Positions 22,771-36,777 of a stretch of 53,673 bases of DNA are shown here, one piece after another. Below the pieces are notes generated by a model. The model was given only the letters and a program-made list of their open reading frames with translations, was not told the origin of the DNA and ran no database searches. Source of the DNA: Azolla caroliniana (lineage: Eukaryota > Plantae > Polypodiophyta); assembly GCA_043228905.1 (NCBI GenBank), contig JBHGNT010000204.1:1-53673 (forward strand), given 5' to 3'. Position 1 is the stretch's first letter. Each line of letters starts with the position of its first letter. Both the position numbers and the translations under genes were made by a program.

Positions 22771-24440
22771 TAGATAGATAGATTATATTATCATCTTCGG
22801 AGGTCAAATATGACCTATGAGACCAAAAATATTACATTTCACGTGCCACGTGTGAAAGTGAGTAATGAGTCTTGATGTTCAAGAACTTTACCAATGAATG
22901 TTGCAATCGAGAGTGCACATTGTGGTTGTGAGAGGAATTCATGCAAAGATTGGCCTCGATCGAGGAGATGTGGAAAGCATGGTCGAATATGATCAAAGGT
23001 AGAGCATTGTATCAAAGTGTGATACTCAGACTCACGAACTTGTTTAGGGCAAAGTGTCCATAGCCGACCACTCTCATCACTTGTGCCCCAACGCCCTGTT
23101 TCACATCGCAATGCATGTGAGCTAAGTCGCATGGAAGCAATGGTTCGAATGACGGATAACGGTATGGGCTCTAACATCTATGGGTGTGTACGATTTCCCC
23201 GTTCCGCAAAGAATATGGTTTTGTAGTTAGGTGCAACATGTGTAGTATAATGTGTGAAGCGTGAGCCTCCACATTTGTCCCATGTCATGATACATTGGCG
23301 TTGCAAAAAGGCCTCATATACAGAAGAATCTAATGATGCATGATGAAGCAAGTGTCTCGCATCCCATCTACCAAACCATTTTTCTATATCTTGCATCCAA
23401 CTGGAACACAAAATTTTGCTTTTATGCGTCTTTTGTATCTTTTTGCTTGCTTCCCATGCAATTCTAGGAAGTCGATGTGAGGGACTTTTTTGAACCTTAA
23501 TTATGTATTGAACAACCCTTTCCATGGCCATGATTTCAATGGGAAGCGATCCCGTCTCAAGGAGGAGGAGGGTGTAGGGCGTTTGTTTCTTAACTTGTAG
23601 AAACTTGGTAAGAAAATGCTTTTGGACATTTTCAAACTCTTTCCACAGATTGAGGGATGCTACCACCCCATACTTCCACCCCATAGAGAAGAACCGGTGT
23701 CACCAAAGTGTCGAAAAGATATTTCTTGAGGACCCAACACTTGATATCTCCAAGATTGCATGTGTTCTCAAGTTCTTCCATTCGCCTCAAGTTCTTCCAT
23801 TCACTTGGCACCTCAAGTTCTTCCATTCGCCTCCAAATATGCTCATGAGGTTCCATATCAAAAGCTTTCTTGAAGTCTACAAAGCAACAATATAAACCTT
23901 TACTTCTAAGGCGACTTTCCTCCATTAGTACTCGAAGGGTGATAAGGTGATCAATGGTGCTATGGTGTTTCCCAAAGCCAACTTGTCCACAAGCTCTCTT
24001 ACCACTTTTTACAGCCCATATACTTACCTTTGATTCCATTATACATCCAAATAGTTTTGCCATTAATGAGCCAACCATGATGGTTCGATAGTTGTTTACA
24101 TTATTTATATCTCCACCTTTATCTAAAGGATTGATCCAATTTGTAGTCCAATCGTACCACATACCATGTTGCAATGCATCATTAAACATATGACTTATCC
24201 ATATATGTGCTTCCTTTTCCGTCCATTTGAGCATTTTAGCATTTATACATTGAAGATCGCTTGCCTTTCGAGAGGCCAATTTCTTAAGTCCTATGCATAT
24301 ATCTTCAATTGTAAAGAAAGGAGGCATATGTGAAAGGGAACCATAACACATCATCTTTCCGGCAAGAGATAACTCATATAAATTCTTACAATGCATAGAC
24401 AAGTCATGAAGAGTTAAGTCACCATAACTCTCAACATGTT
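22760..24440 (-). mobile_element. RTE-like LINE ORF2 remnant with internal RT deletion
   Basis: KGGD..NNYRTI..CFVDFKKAFD is fused directly to the post-RT region; same 3' end and tail as 16330-17897. Confidence 0.82.
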
Positions 24441-26870
24441 GTCGTGAAGATTGAGGGTGCGTAGCAAGCGACCCTCTTGTGTTGCGGTGAAGGGACGGCC
24501 ATGCAGGCCGATAACTACGGATTCGGGACATGGCGGCCCGAAACATCGAGTGGGGAGGAGACAAGCGGCGGTGCCGCGACCTTACACACACCGGTCCTAG
24601 AGGCTCCGGCGGTTGGCCCGAGTGCCAGCGTGAGACCTAGAACGACGGGCAGTGGCGGCGGCAAGGCCGGCAACTAACACGATGACATGGAAGAGACGAC
24701 GGCAAGCGTAATCGAGGCTTGCGCGATTGGAGGCGAGGTAGCCGCGGACAACGACGTCCGGTCGGAAGTGGCTACGGACACAACGAGTGGGGGTGTCGGG
24801 TCCTTACCCACACTGGCCCTAGAGGGTTTGGCGGTCGGTCCGAGGGCCCACGTGAGATCTAGAGCGACGGGCGGTGGCGGCGGCAAAGCGGACGATTGAA
24901 ACGACGACGAGGAAGGTCATAGCAGACGGAGAAGAGACCCTTCGACACCGGGGCCGGAGACTGAGGCGGTTCTGCTCGAATGCCAACATAAGACCGGAGA
25001 GAAGGATAGTGACCGTGAGGAGGCATGGCCCGGAGCGAACACGTGCGAAGATGAGGATGCGAGGCCTGGAATGGGCATATACAAGAGGACCGACGGAGAG
25101 GTCGGGAGCAGCAAGGAGGAGAGAGTCGGGAACCGACCTGACCAAAAGATGAACCGGTCAATAATCCGACACGACTCGAAGACGAGGCGGAAGAAGATTG
25201 GAGTGGGGTCCGATCAACCGAGCCCGAACCGAAGAAGAGCCGGCAAGGCCGGATTTGTGCACAGAAACATGTATCGACTAGTTACGGTTAGGAAAGGGAG
25301 CCGACGAAACCGGAACTCGATCGGCCGAGACAGATCCGGGCGAAGGCTATGTCGGCATGATTGGAGGCCGAGGCGTACGAGCCACGACACGCGGTGGGAG
25401 CCAGTGAGCGCGAGAAGGAGGCTAATCGGGCATGGTGATTACGGCTTGGCGGAAGACCGAGAGCAAGGGGAACCCTCCACACCTATTCTTGAGACTTCGG
25501 CGGTTGCGGATCAACATAAGGCTGAAGTGACGGCGGGTGGCGGGTGACGCTTTTGGCCGTCGGTTACTATACCGGCGGACAACACTTGGCACGCCTGTGG
25601 GACAGTGCCTTTGCACGTCGAACCCATCTCGTTAATCTTCTTCCAAAATGGCTCGGATGTTCGGCTCTGTCGTGGTGACCTCGTCCGGAGTTGATGTAGG
25701 GCCCGTAGGTGCATCGTGGTTCGGCTCCTCTCCTTGCTCGGCCTGGTTTCTCCCAGAGTCGCCTTCACCGTGTGCAGGTGGTCCGGTTACGGTGGGCCCT
25801 TCTTGATTTAGAGGGCTGGGCTCCACCGATGGCGTGCTTGCAGTCGGCTGCAACTCAGCCTCTATTGTTACATCCTCCGCGGTGTTGGCCGTTTCTGTGT
25901 GTCCCTGGGCGTGGGGCGGGGATTCCGCCTGGTCCGCACTATTTTCTGCATTTTCGGAAGATGGTGTGGGTTGGTGCGGCTGGACCTCTTGGTGGTTAAT
26001 GGTTTCGCTGTCTGGTCCTATGGGGAACTCCGCTCGTTCGTCCCCGCTATTCTCCCGTGTTGTCATCCATGGTGATCGGGCCTGAGGTTCCTCTTTTTCG
26101 GTTATGACCGGAATTGGTGTCCCACTAGGTTCCTCGTTTGTGTGTGTGTTGTCGGTTTGTGTGATCTGGTGAAATAACTCCTCCTGACTCTCACCGAAAT
26201 CATCTAGGAGTTGTGCGAGTTCTTCGGAGTGTTGGTCTGCTAACGCGCAATAGTCTTGCGCTAGGTTCTCCCGTACGGTCCCAATGCTCTCCTTGTTTAG
26301 CTTATAAAACCCTCGGCCGTCTTTCCGCCGGTTCTCCAAGTCCGCACGATACGCGTGCAATTCCGCTGCTTGGCTTGCCCACGCCATCCATCCTTTGTCC
26401 AGCGCCGTTTTCAATTGCGTTGTGAACCTTTCCCGGTTGGTATGGAGAAGGATGCGCACGTTATCCGTGATGGCCTGGCAGCGGTTGCCTGTGTCTTCCA
26501 TCGATTTCTAGAGATTCGCGATTTCCTGTTGTTTAACGGTTGCCGCTTCCTCATACGTGGCCTTCAGGCCCGCCCACAACTGGGATTCCTTTGCATGTTG
26601 TTCTTCTAATTTCCCCATTTCATTGTTTAGGCGGATTTCAAGTTTGTTCGACCACCAACTGCTCATTGAACCATACCTTCTTTTTCTCTAATAAGGCCCG
26701 AAGTCCCGCTATTGCCGCCTCTGATTTCTTCGCGTCCTCTCGTAATTGGGCGTTGTCGTCTTTTGTCCGGATGTGCTGAGCTACCTCCGTAGCTAGTTTC
26801 TCTTCAAGAGTTTTTACGGCCTTTCGTCCGTTAGCCCGTATCTCCTTTTCTCTGTTAGAGGATTGGTGAA
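24440..26870 (-). other. GC-rich island with degenerate coiled-coil/low-complexity ORF, possibly the 5'/ORF1 part of the adjacent LINE
   Basis: Sharp GC/CpG rise; 289-aa ORF at 25632-26501; same strand as and directly upstream of the RTE-like ORF2 remnant. No recognisable domain. Confidence 0.4.
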
Positions 26871-28415
26871 TCGAGATTGCTTCTATTATTTGCGGTCTAC
26901 TTACAAGTTTAGCGGTCTACTTACAAGTTTAGGGTTTTTGTTTGTAGGGATTCCATCTCTTTTCCCTGTGCCCTTTCGGGTTTGATAGATTCTTCTCAAG
27001 TTAGAGTTCGAAGCTGAGGTACTATGGGTAGGCTTTTATGCTCAATTGGTAGACATTCCATGAATTTGCTTACTTCCCTCTTGCATAGGAAACAAATCTT
27101 AGAATCAAATGACCCAAGCTACGAGTTATGACTCCATCAAATCTTTAGCCCTTGTCCCATGATTTCGAAGGCCAAAGTTGTTATATTGGCTCCGATATCT
27201 ACAAAAGCAAATTCCTTATTCTTGTTTAGTCTGCACAAAAGGTATGCACCCCTTATAGGTAACTGCCATCTTTAAGGCAATCTGCAATGTAGTTATATTC
27301 ATCGCAACATTTCATATCAAGATGGTACATTACATGCATTATAGCGGGTGAGTGAATTCACTAGATCGTCTGCCTAGCCATTTGCACATAGATTTATTGT
27401 ACTCCCAAATGATGTCTATATTACATACCGATAGGTCTACATCAAACCATGCAATTCATTAGTCATCCATGAGGGAGATTCCCTCTTGCTCAATAACTTT
27501 ATGAATATAGACTTGAATGTGATAGTTTTAAATTTTCAACCACATAGTTGAGGCTATGCTCTAATCTGTGTATCTCATTTACTTCGATCTTTAATCATTT
27601 CTTCTAGCATTTGGATGGATCCATCTATCATCCTTTGTTTGATCTTCGTACATGACATCTTGTTCAAACTATTTTATTTGAAAGTTTCTTACGATGGGAA
27701 AATGTAAAGAGGCCTTATTACTAGTGGGGGCAACTTTGTTCTGTTTTATTATGACATAGTAAAATTTAAGAACTACATCTAGATATAGCCAATATTGGCA
27801 AACCTATCAAAGCCACCATTGAAACTATCCATTATGCTCTCCTTGACGATAAGTTGTTATAGATACATTTCATACTACAACATTGTTCTTGAAAAAGGGA
27901 TAGAATGATAAAAATTCTTATCACTTTTCTTGATATTCAAGGCACAATGTATAACAGGGATGAAGATACATAATATACAGAAATATATCATGTCGCAACT
28001 GCTCATATGATCCATTAATGTTGATTCAGCTATGTAAGAAATTTGATTATTATATTATGTGATAGTTTGAAGAATTATTTTGATATAGTTGACGTTGCAA
28101 ATGTCCAAAACACTATGATAAAGATTTGGACAAGTTAGATGCATGCACAAGGGAGTGGTTATAAGTGCTATACAATTATTTTGGGGACGATTCAGATACA
28201 TTGCTTAAACAAAGAAGAATGTAAAGGAGAAAGACAAACTTTTTTGTGGTATTGCCCAAAGACCGATCGAATATGCAGGGGGTTTGGACGCCTATTGCAA
28301 TTATGCTAGGTGCAAGGCACAATCATGTGGGGAAATGTATGTTGGTTATCATGGCAAGCCCTCGTTGACAAGTACGAACATCGGGAGGAGGGAATGACAT
28401 TGGTGATAAAGGCAC

Positions 28416-28680
28416 TGTAGTGAAATGCACGAAATATCACTCAACCACAACGGAGCAGTAAAACACTTCTATAAGAATCAAACACGGAAATGGCAAGTCG
28501 AGAGTACACAAGAAAAATGACATAGGATGTTTACGTGGAAAACCCTAATACGGAAAAACCACGGGAGCCCACAGACTCCGAACTATCATTATGAAGAGAA
28601 AGGGGTACAATCAGAGACTAGGAGGAACGACCTCGAGCTATGTTTCTTCGCACAGTGGCTGTTACAATAGAGTATCGCTC

Positions 28681-28746
<66 letters not shown>

Positions 28747-29340
28747 CAATAATTACAACAATGTGACAACCACACTATAAGTGATTGCCCTAAGTCATAT
28801 TTATAGTTATATGAACTTAGGGCTATTTACAAGTATAGCCTCAATGGGCTTATTCAAGACGTATTTACAAATCTATCTTCTCTTCCGATTCTCACCGGGT
28901 TCACTGATCCAGTTTCTGGATCTCTTCTGGTTCTCTCCGGGTTCTCTTTATTCATCATCGGATCCCATCCGGAGAGAGCAATTTCCCAACAATATCCCCC
29001 TTCACCCCGGTATGGGATGTCTTGTAAGTTCGATCGGCTTCCGGCATGTCTCCAGCTTGTCGAGTGTCAGCACCTTGGTCAACATATCCGACCCGTTCTC
29101 CTCCGTGTGGATCTTCGTCATCACGAACTCTCGATCTTCAACTCGTTCCCAGATCTAGTGGTACGTACGCTGGATATGCTTCGTTCTAGAATTGTATGCC
29201 GTGTTCTTTGCAAGGTGGATGAAACTGTGACTGTCGCAATAGAGCCGGTATTCCTCTTGCCGGATCCCTAGCTCTCCAATGATCTCCTTCATCCTTAATA
29301 TTTCCTTGTCGGCTTCCACGGCTACCATGTACTCCAGAGA
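28416..29340 (-). mobile_element. Ty1/Copia remnant: RNase H C-terminus, PPT and 3' LTR (28416-28991)
   Basis: YCDSHSFIHLAKN..SRTKHI..KIHTEENGSDMLTK; minus strand AAGGGGGATAT then TGTTGGG...ACTACA. Confidence 0.85.
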
Positions 29341-29970
29341 GCCATCGAATATGGAGGGGGGTTGGCCACCTATTGCAATTATGCTAGGTGCAAGGCACAA
29401 TCAATCATCTGGGGAAATGTATGTTGGTTATCATGGCAGGCTGCAGTTGACAAGTACGAACATCGGGAGGAGGGGATGACATTTGTGATAAAGGAAGAAG
29501 GGATTTTGTTTTCCGTCATTGACAATATCTACTCATCTGCTATTAATGTCAAAGCTCAAGTTGTGTTGGAATTGATCAACCTAATAGCTCTTTGAATTGC
29601 ACCATTGACAATATCCACTCAACTCCTATTAATGTCAAAGCTCAAGTTGTGTTGGAATTGATCAACCTACAACAACAGGGTACACGAGCCTTTTCCAATC
29701 AAATTGTGCATCAAGTAGTGTTATTACAGGAGATATGGAGTGAAGTTGTAGCCACTCTAAAGAGCCGATACGATCGCCTCACGAGCGAATCCGATGGAGT
29801 TGAAAGAGAATGATTAGCCTTCATCCAACAATGGTTTTCCTCTTCCTTTCTTGAGTCAGTCGACCTTCATATAAGATGGAACTATCGTGTCCCCACATGG
29901 ATTTGTATATAACATTCTGTGTGTGTGTGTGTGTGTGTCTCTATGGTTGTCAAGGTTAGGTATTAATTTG

Positions 29971-31041
29971 TCTCACCATCTCTCAACTGGTTAGATTTTT
30001 TCATGTGTAGTGTCTTTGGAATGGATCAATGTCAAAACTTGCTCAGTCTTCTCGAGTACAAAGTGGTTGATGCGGGGCCAGGTAATTTGGATGCCTTGCT
30101 TTGCCATTTCATCACTCGAAACAATCACAACACAGGATGTGGCGAGGCTGCAAAAGAAAGGCAAAGAAAAGAAAACAAAAGACCATGATGAGGCCCTAAT
30201 CAATGATACCTTTTTTGTCTTAGTTGTGCTTTGAAAGCTCGTCACCATCTATCCACTGTTTAGATTTTATAATGTGTAGTGTCTTTGTAATGGATGAATG
30301 TCAAAACTTGCTCAGTCTTTTCGAGTGCAAAGTGGTTGATGTGGGGCCAGCTAATTTGGATGCCTTGGTTTGCCATTTCATCACTCGAAACAATCACAAC
30401 ACACGATGCGGCGAGGCCGCAAAAGAAAGGAAAAGAAAAGAAAAGAAAAGACCATGATGAGGCCCTAGTCAATGATACCTTTTTTGTCTTAGTTGTGCTT
30501 TGAAAGCTCGTCACCATCTATCCACTAGTTAGATTTTATAATGGGTAGTGTCTTTGTAATGGATGAATGTCAAAGCTTGCTCAGTCTTCTCGAGTGCAAA
30601 GTGGTTGATGTGGGGCCAGCTAATTTGGATGCCTTGCTTTGCCATTTCATCACCCGAAACAATCACAACACACGATGCGGCGAGGCCGCAAAAGAAAGGA
30701 AAAGAAAAGAAAAGAAAAGACCATCACGAGGCCCTAATCAATGATACATTTTTGGTCTTAGTTGTGCTTTGAAAGCTCGTCACCATCTCTCCACTGTTTA
30801 GATTTTATAATGTGTAGTGTCTTTGTAATGGATCAATGTCAAACCTTGCTTAGTCTTCTTGAGGACAAATTGGTTGATGTGCAGCCAGCCAATTTGGATG
30901 CCTTGCTTTGCCATTTCATCACCCAAAACAATCACAACACACGATGCGGCCAGGCCGCAAAAGAAAGGAAAAGAAAAGAAAAGACCATGATGAGGCCCTA
31001 ATCAATGATACATTTTTGGTCTTAGTTGTGCTTTGAAAGCA
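29971..31041. repeat. 269-bp tandem repeat x4 (unit 2)
   Basis: Copy of 245-1315. Confidence 0.92.
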
Positions 31042-31615
31042 CATAATTCTTTCATTCAGACCTATCATTTAGCAATACTAAACTCTTGGGCATATAACTA
31101 AATATAACTAAGAATGGAATCATAGGTCCGAAGGAAAGAATTGACTTCACATACCTTATCTTATTATAGAAATATGCTTTGTCTTTACACATCTATCTTC
31201 GCATATTCCTAAATTAATTACATTATGTTTTCATCAATGATCCAAATCATATATATTCTTCTTATATTTCCATGCTTCAGAGATTTTGCCACACATGACC
31301 CCTTAAAAGTTGGCCTTGTTTTGTGTGTGAATGCCCACAATTCTTATTTTATTTAAAAAAAAAAAAAACAATACTTCCCATTAGTTAGCAAAAGAAGTAC
31401 ATCAAAGATCAGTCGTAACCAAAACAACATAATCCTCACCGTACTATTTACAACAAAAGTATCCCGCTAACACTTTGTACATGTTAACCACATATTTACA
31501 ACTCATGTCCACTCATGGAAGCCAATGGCGGAAACAGCCATGTCGGTGCTTGGTAGTTCCATTTAGGCCCTGACGCTGAATTTCCCATCATAGGAGAACG
31601 GCCCCATTTCATCAA

Positions 31616-32523
31616 TAACTTCAACAACACAATTCGATTGCCAAAGATTTGAAGAAGAGTGGAGTGAGGATTATAGTTATATTAGCTAGGAGGATAGTGA
31701 GATCGTATAGGGCAGTGATATGGGTATCCTTGTGAGTGCGTGCCAGACTAGCCAAACATCAATCGACATGACCGATGGAGATGGTGGTGCTTATGGTGCT
31801 CTTAGTAATGCTACCAAAACTATCATTGAGGCAACCCCTCCTGATGAACCAATCACCAACCGTCAACTTGCTACACAGGTTCATGACTTCTGTCAACTTG
31901 TTACACAAGGTGGTGGGTTTATGGGGTTGGTAGGATGTCCAACAACACAATTCGATAACCAAAGATTTGAAGAAGAGCCGAGTGAGGATTATAGTTAAAT
32001 TAGCTAGGAGGATAGTGAGATCAAACAGGGCAGTGATATGGGTATCCTTGTGAGTGCGTGCCAGACTAGCCAAACGTAAATCGACATGACCGATGGCGAT
32101 GGTGGTGCTTATAGTGCTCTTAGTAATGCTATGAAAACTTTCATTGAGGCAACCCCTCCTGATGAACCAATCACCAACCCTCAACTTACTACACAGGTTC
32201 ATGAGTTCTGTCAACTAGTTACACAAGGTGGTGGCTTTATGGGGTTGGTAGGATGTCCAAGAACACAATTCGATAACCAAAGATTTAAAGAAGAGCCGAG
32301 TGAGGATTATAGTTATATTAGGTAGGAGGATAGTGAGATCAAACAGGGCAGTGATATGGGTATCCTTGTGAGTGGGTGCCCGACTAGCCAAACATCAATC
32401 CACACGACCGATGGAGATGGTGGTGCTTATCGTGCTCTTAGTAATGCTATCAAAATTGTCATTGAGGCAACCCCTCCTGATGAACCAATCACCAACCGTC
32501 AACTTGTTACACAAGTTCGTGAA
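31616..32523 (+). pseudogene. Three tandem metacaspase p10 fragments (unit 2)
   Basis: Copy of 1890-2797. Confidence 0.88.
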
Positions 32524-32564
32524 TCTATTAATTTGTACTTATCCCATCTCATGATGATATACAG

Positions 32565-33346
32565 ATGACGAGTTCCGTTCCTTGGTGAATAAGCTTCCTC
32601 CTAATGTCAAACTCACTATAGTGTCTGATTCTTGTCACAGTGGAGGTCTCATTGAGAACACAAAAGAGCAAATAGAAGAAAGATTCCAATCTTCCGGGGA
32701 AGGATATGGAAATGATGAGGATGAGAGTGCATATACGGAAAACACGAGCGAGGAGGACGGGAACTATGGCAGAGATGCTATAGAGATAAAGAATAAGTCC
32801 TTGCCATTGCACATTTTGTTAGATATATTAGAACGAAAGTCAGGGAAAGATGATGTACGAGTGGGCAACATAAGAACAAGTTTGTTTGACATTTATGGGG
32901 AGGATTCAAGCTCGATAGTAAAGAGATTTGTGAGATCTCTCAAGGGAGGGGATAGTAATGAACAAGGAGGTGATGGGTTTATGGGGTTGGTAGGATCTCC
33001 AACAACTCAATTCAGTAACCAAAGCTTTGAAGAAGAGCCGATTGAGGATTATAGTTATATTCGCGAGGAGGATAGTGACATCCTACGGGGCAGTGATATG
33101 GGTATCCTTGTGAGTGTGTGCCAAACTAGCCAATTATCAGTCGACATGGATGATGGCAATGGTGGTGGTTATGGTATTCTTAGTAATGCGATCAAAACTG
33201 TCATTAAGGCTACCTCTCCTGATGAACCAATCACCAACCGTCAACTTGTTACGCAAGTTCGTGAGTTCCTCGCATCACAACGCCTCACTCCACGACCCGG
33301 TCTCTATTGTAGCGATGCAAATGCCGATGCTCCCTTCATTTGCTAG
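32565..33346 (+). pseudogene. Metacaspase exon-2-only paralog (no exon 1 or catalytic His)
   Basis: Open frame similar to exon 2 with the acceptor retained, but upstream sequence is p10 fragments rather than exon 1. Confidence 0.85.
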
Positions 33347-34640
33347 TTATCTAGCGTCAACTCTCTCCTTGTTTGAACCTCAAATAACATGAGTCGTGTG
33401 CACTAGTTTCCATTTTGTTGCTAGTGCTTTATGTGTCACCATTTTGTTAATGAGCTACTCATATCATAGGTAAGGGATCACATCTTAATTGGTGGTGTTG
33501 TCCTTGTATAGCAACTTGTGTTTCTTATCGACTCTAGATTGAAGGTCAGTTGAATAGACATCTTAGAAGAAATAACAAAATCCATGCACACAAATCCAAG
33601 CCTAAAAGTTGCATGCTTTTGGTGCTAGTTCTTTATGTGTCACCATATTGTTTTGATACGCAAACTATATGATTAGTAAAGGTTTGTATTGTTAATTGGT
33701 ATTGTCCTTGTATATCAAGTTGTGTTGTTTATCAACTCTAGAGTGAAGGTTGTATATTACGCTAAATTGGTAAGATCTTGGTGGCAATGTGTTTATCGAG
33801 GCCCTCAATCACTACCCCGTGGATATTCAGTCATTCATCAAGATTGCTTCTTTTATTTGCGGTCTACTTACAAGTTTAGGGTTTTTGTTTGTAGGGATTC
33901 CATCTCTTTTCCATGTGCCCTTTCGGGTTTTATAGATTCTTCTCAAGTAAGAGTTGGAAGGTGAGGTACTATGGGTTCGCTTTTATGCTCAATTGTTAGA
34001 CGTTCCATCAATTTGCTTAATTCCCTCTTGCATAGGAAACAAATCTTAGAAAGAAATGATCCAAGCTACGAGTTTTGACTCCATGAAATCTTTAGCCCTT
34101 GTACCAAAATTTCGAAGGTCAAGGTTGTTATACTGGCTCCGATATCTACAAAACCAAATTCCTTATGCTTATTTAGTTGGCACAAAAGGTATGCACCACT
34201 TATAGGTAACTGCCATCTTTAAGGCAATCTACAATGTAGTTATATTCATCGCAACATTTCATATCAAGATGGTACATTACATTCATTATAGCGAGTGACT
34301 GAATTCACTAGATTGTGTGCCTAGCCATTTGCACATAGCTTTATTGTACTCCCAAATGATGTGTATATCACATACCGATAGGTCTACATCAAACTATGCA
34401 ATTCATTAGTCATCCATGAGGGAAATTCCCTCTTGCCCAGTAACTTTATGAATATAGACTTGAATGTGATAGTTTTGAATTTTCAACCACATAGTTAGGC
34501 TATGCTCTAATCCGTGTATCTCATTTACTTCGATCTTTAATCATTTCTTCTAGTATTTGGATGGATCCATCTATTATCCTTTGTTTGATCTTGCTACATG
34601 ACATCTTGTTCAAACTATTTTATTTGAAAGTATCGCTCTG

Positions 34641-34695
<55 letters not shown>

Positions 34696-34939
34696 CTTTG
34701 TCTCTATGTATGTACAATAGTTAGAACAATATGACAACCACACTATAAGTGATTGCCCTAAGTCATATTTATAGTCATATGTAATTTTGGCTATTTACAA
34801 ATATAGCCTCAATGGGCTTATTCAAGACGTATTTACAAATCTATCTTCTCTTCCGATTCTCACCAGGTTCATGGATTCGCTTTCAGTCGAACCAAATGTT
34901 TAGGAGCACCTCACCGCTTGGGAGTTTTCATTGCTGAAA

Positions 34940-36777
34940 AACAAACAAACATCATCTGCTCTGCTCCAAATGTGCCAGACAGATGAAGCCTACCAACATC
35001 CATATCTCCTCATAAAAACCAGAGTTTGTACCAGGTTCCACTTCAACACATGTGGATACATTGCCACCCTGCACTATAAAACCATGACCATGTGGATTTA
35101 GATGTTCCGTCCAGCCTTCCTTAGTTAGTTTCAAACTCTGTAAGGACCCCCACACAACTCTCCCATTCACATCGCATGCTACCACTATCCTGAGACTTCG
35201 ACCCCAAATGTTGATTGCCTTTGCACAATTCCAAAAACAGTGAGGTATCGATTCCAAAAAGTGACCAAATAATGTACAATCAGCCTCCCCACCATGAGAA
35301 CTCATCCACTCCCCTACGAGTAACGCCTTATGACTAAGAAGCCAAAACCACAGCTTTATTTTTTCTGGCATACCTGATGCCCATAGTCTCCTCCAAAACG
35401 ATTTCAACAAGTAATCTGATATGCCTTTATCCCTCCAACTATTGCGAGTCTGAGCAACGCCCACTGATTTGGAGCCAATGATTTGCCTTCCAAGCTTAGT
35501 ACTATAATAAAAAAACCCCTCCAGTTTGTTCGTTCACGATTTCTGCCACCATACCTCTAGTGGATCCCACTCCAAATCATGTAGAGGCTTGTTGTCAAAA
35601 AGCCATGGTTTACAATAAGTATCTAGCTTCCCTAGGTTCGTGTTTACTTGCCACTTCTTACCTTCCAACACTACCATCCGCACTGACAACCACCGACGAT
35701 TGTCGGACAAAGCACTTAGGTTTCCCCACAATCGATATTCATTAGATGGACACTTGACACGCATAATTTGTCCATTACTCTCACCTACAAACCACCTAGA
35801 CCAGGCCCCCTTTTCATTATTCAATGTATCTAGTCCATCAACAGCCTTATTTATCAGTTGGGTCACCTTCTCAAGCCTACAAGAAATGCTACCAAACTGA
35901 CCCTCACTCCTCGTCATTTTGAAAACATCCCACTCTCTTACTAAACTAACATTGTACCCTAACATGCGGCCCCATGGAAAATATTTTTTCTGTCCAAGAA
36001 TCATGCCGTCCTCGCTTCTAATCCTAGGGTTCCAAAATAGTGGTTGTCGGAGTTGTTCCTCCAATGTTTTCAGTTGTATTAAGACCAACCCTTCTCTTAC
36101 AGTTGACCAAGCCATCATTATGGCGCGGGCCACCCAATCCTCCATGCTAGTTGGTTCTTTCATCTTTAGATCTGGACTGAACAACCAACACATCTTTGCC
36201 TTCCAAGGGCTGCCATTCCTTGGACACCAAAGGTCAACTTTGTCCCTGAGAAGCATCTTCCATAGTTCAGGTCCAAATTGTAAACTTCGCACAAGTAGCT
36301 TACCGAGTAAAGCCTTACTTGGTGAACTGGATCCACCAACCCAAGTACACCTTGGTTTTTCGTCTTGATCAAACAACTCCACGCCACTTTAGTTGATGCC
36401 CTCTCATGGTCTCTACCCGACCATAGGAACCCTCTCACCATTGCCTTAATATTTTTGATGCAAGTTTTGTCTAACACTCAACATGCCACCGAGTGCCACA
36501 TGGTGGCTAACAAAATGTGGTTTACCACAACCACCCTACCTGCAAGAGAAAGCTTTACTGATGCCCATACTCGAAGCTTCTTTCTGATTTTGTCTGTCAC
36601 TTGCTCAAGTTGCTGGTTTTTAGGTGTCTCAACGCCCACCAAAAAACCCAATTATTTAACAGCCATTCCATTAGGGACCCATTGAAAATCAGCATTAGGG
36701 CACCAAAGAGGCCATGGGTTTGAACTTACCCAAAATACTTTGCTTTTGTTCCAATTGATTTTCCCTCCTGCCGATCT
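34940..36777 (-). mobile_element. Uninterrupted copy of the degenerate L1-like fragment (contains the empty target site)
   Basis: Equals 4470-5837 plus 14899-15372 with a single TTAC. Confidence 0.85.
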
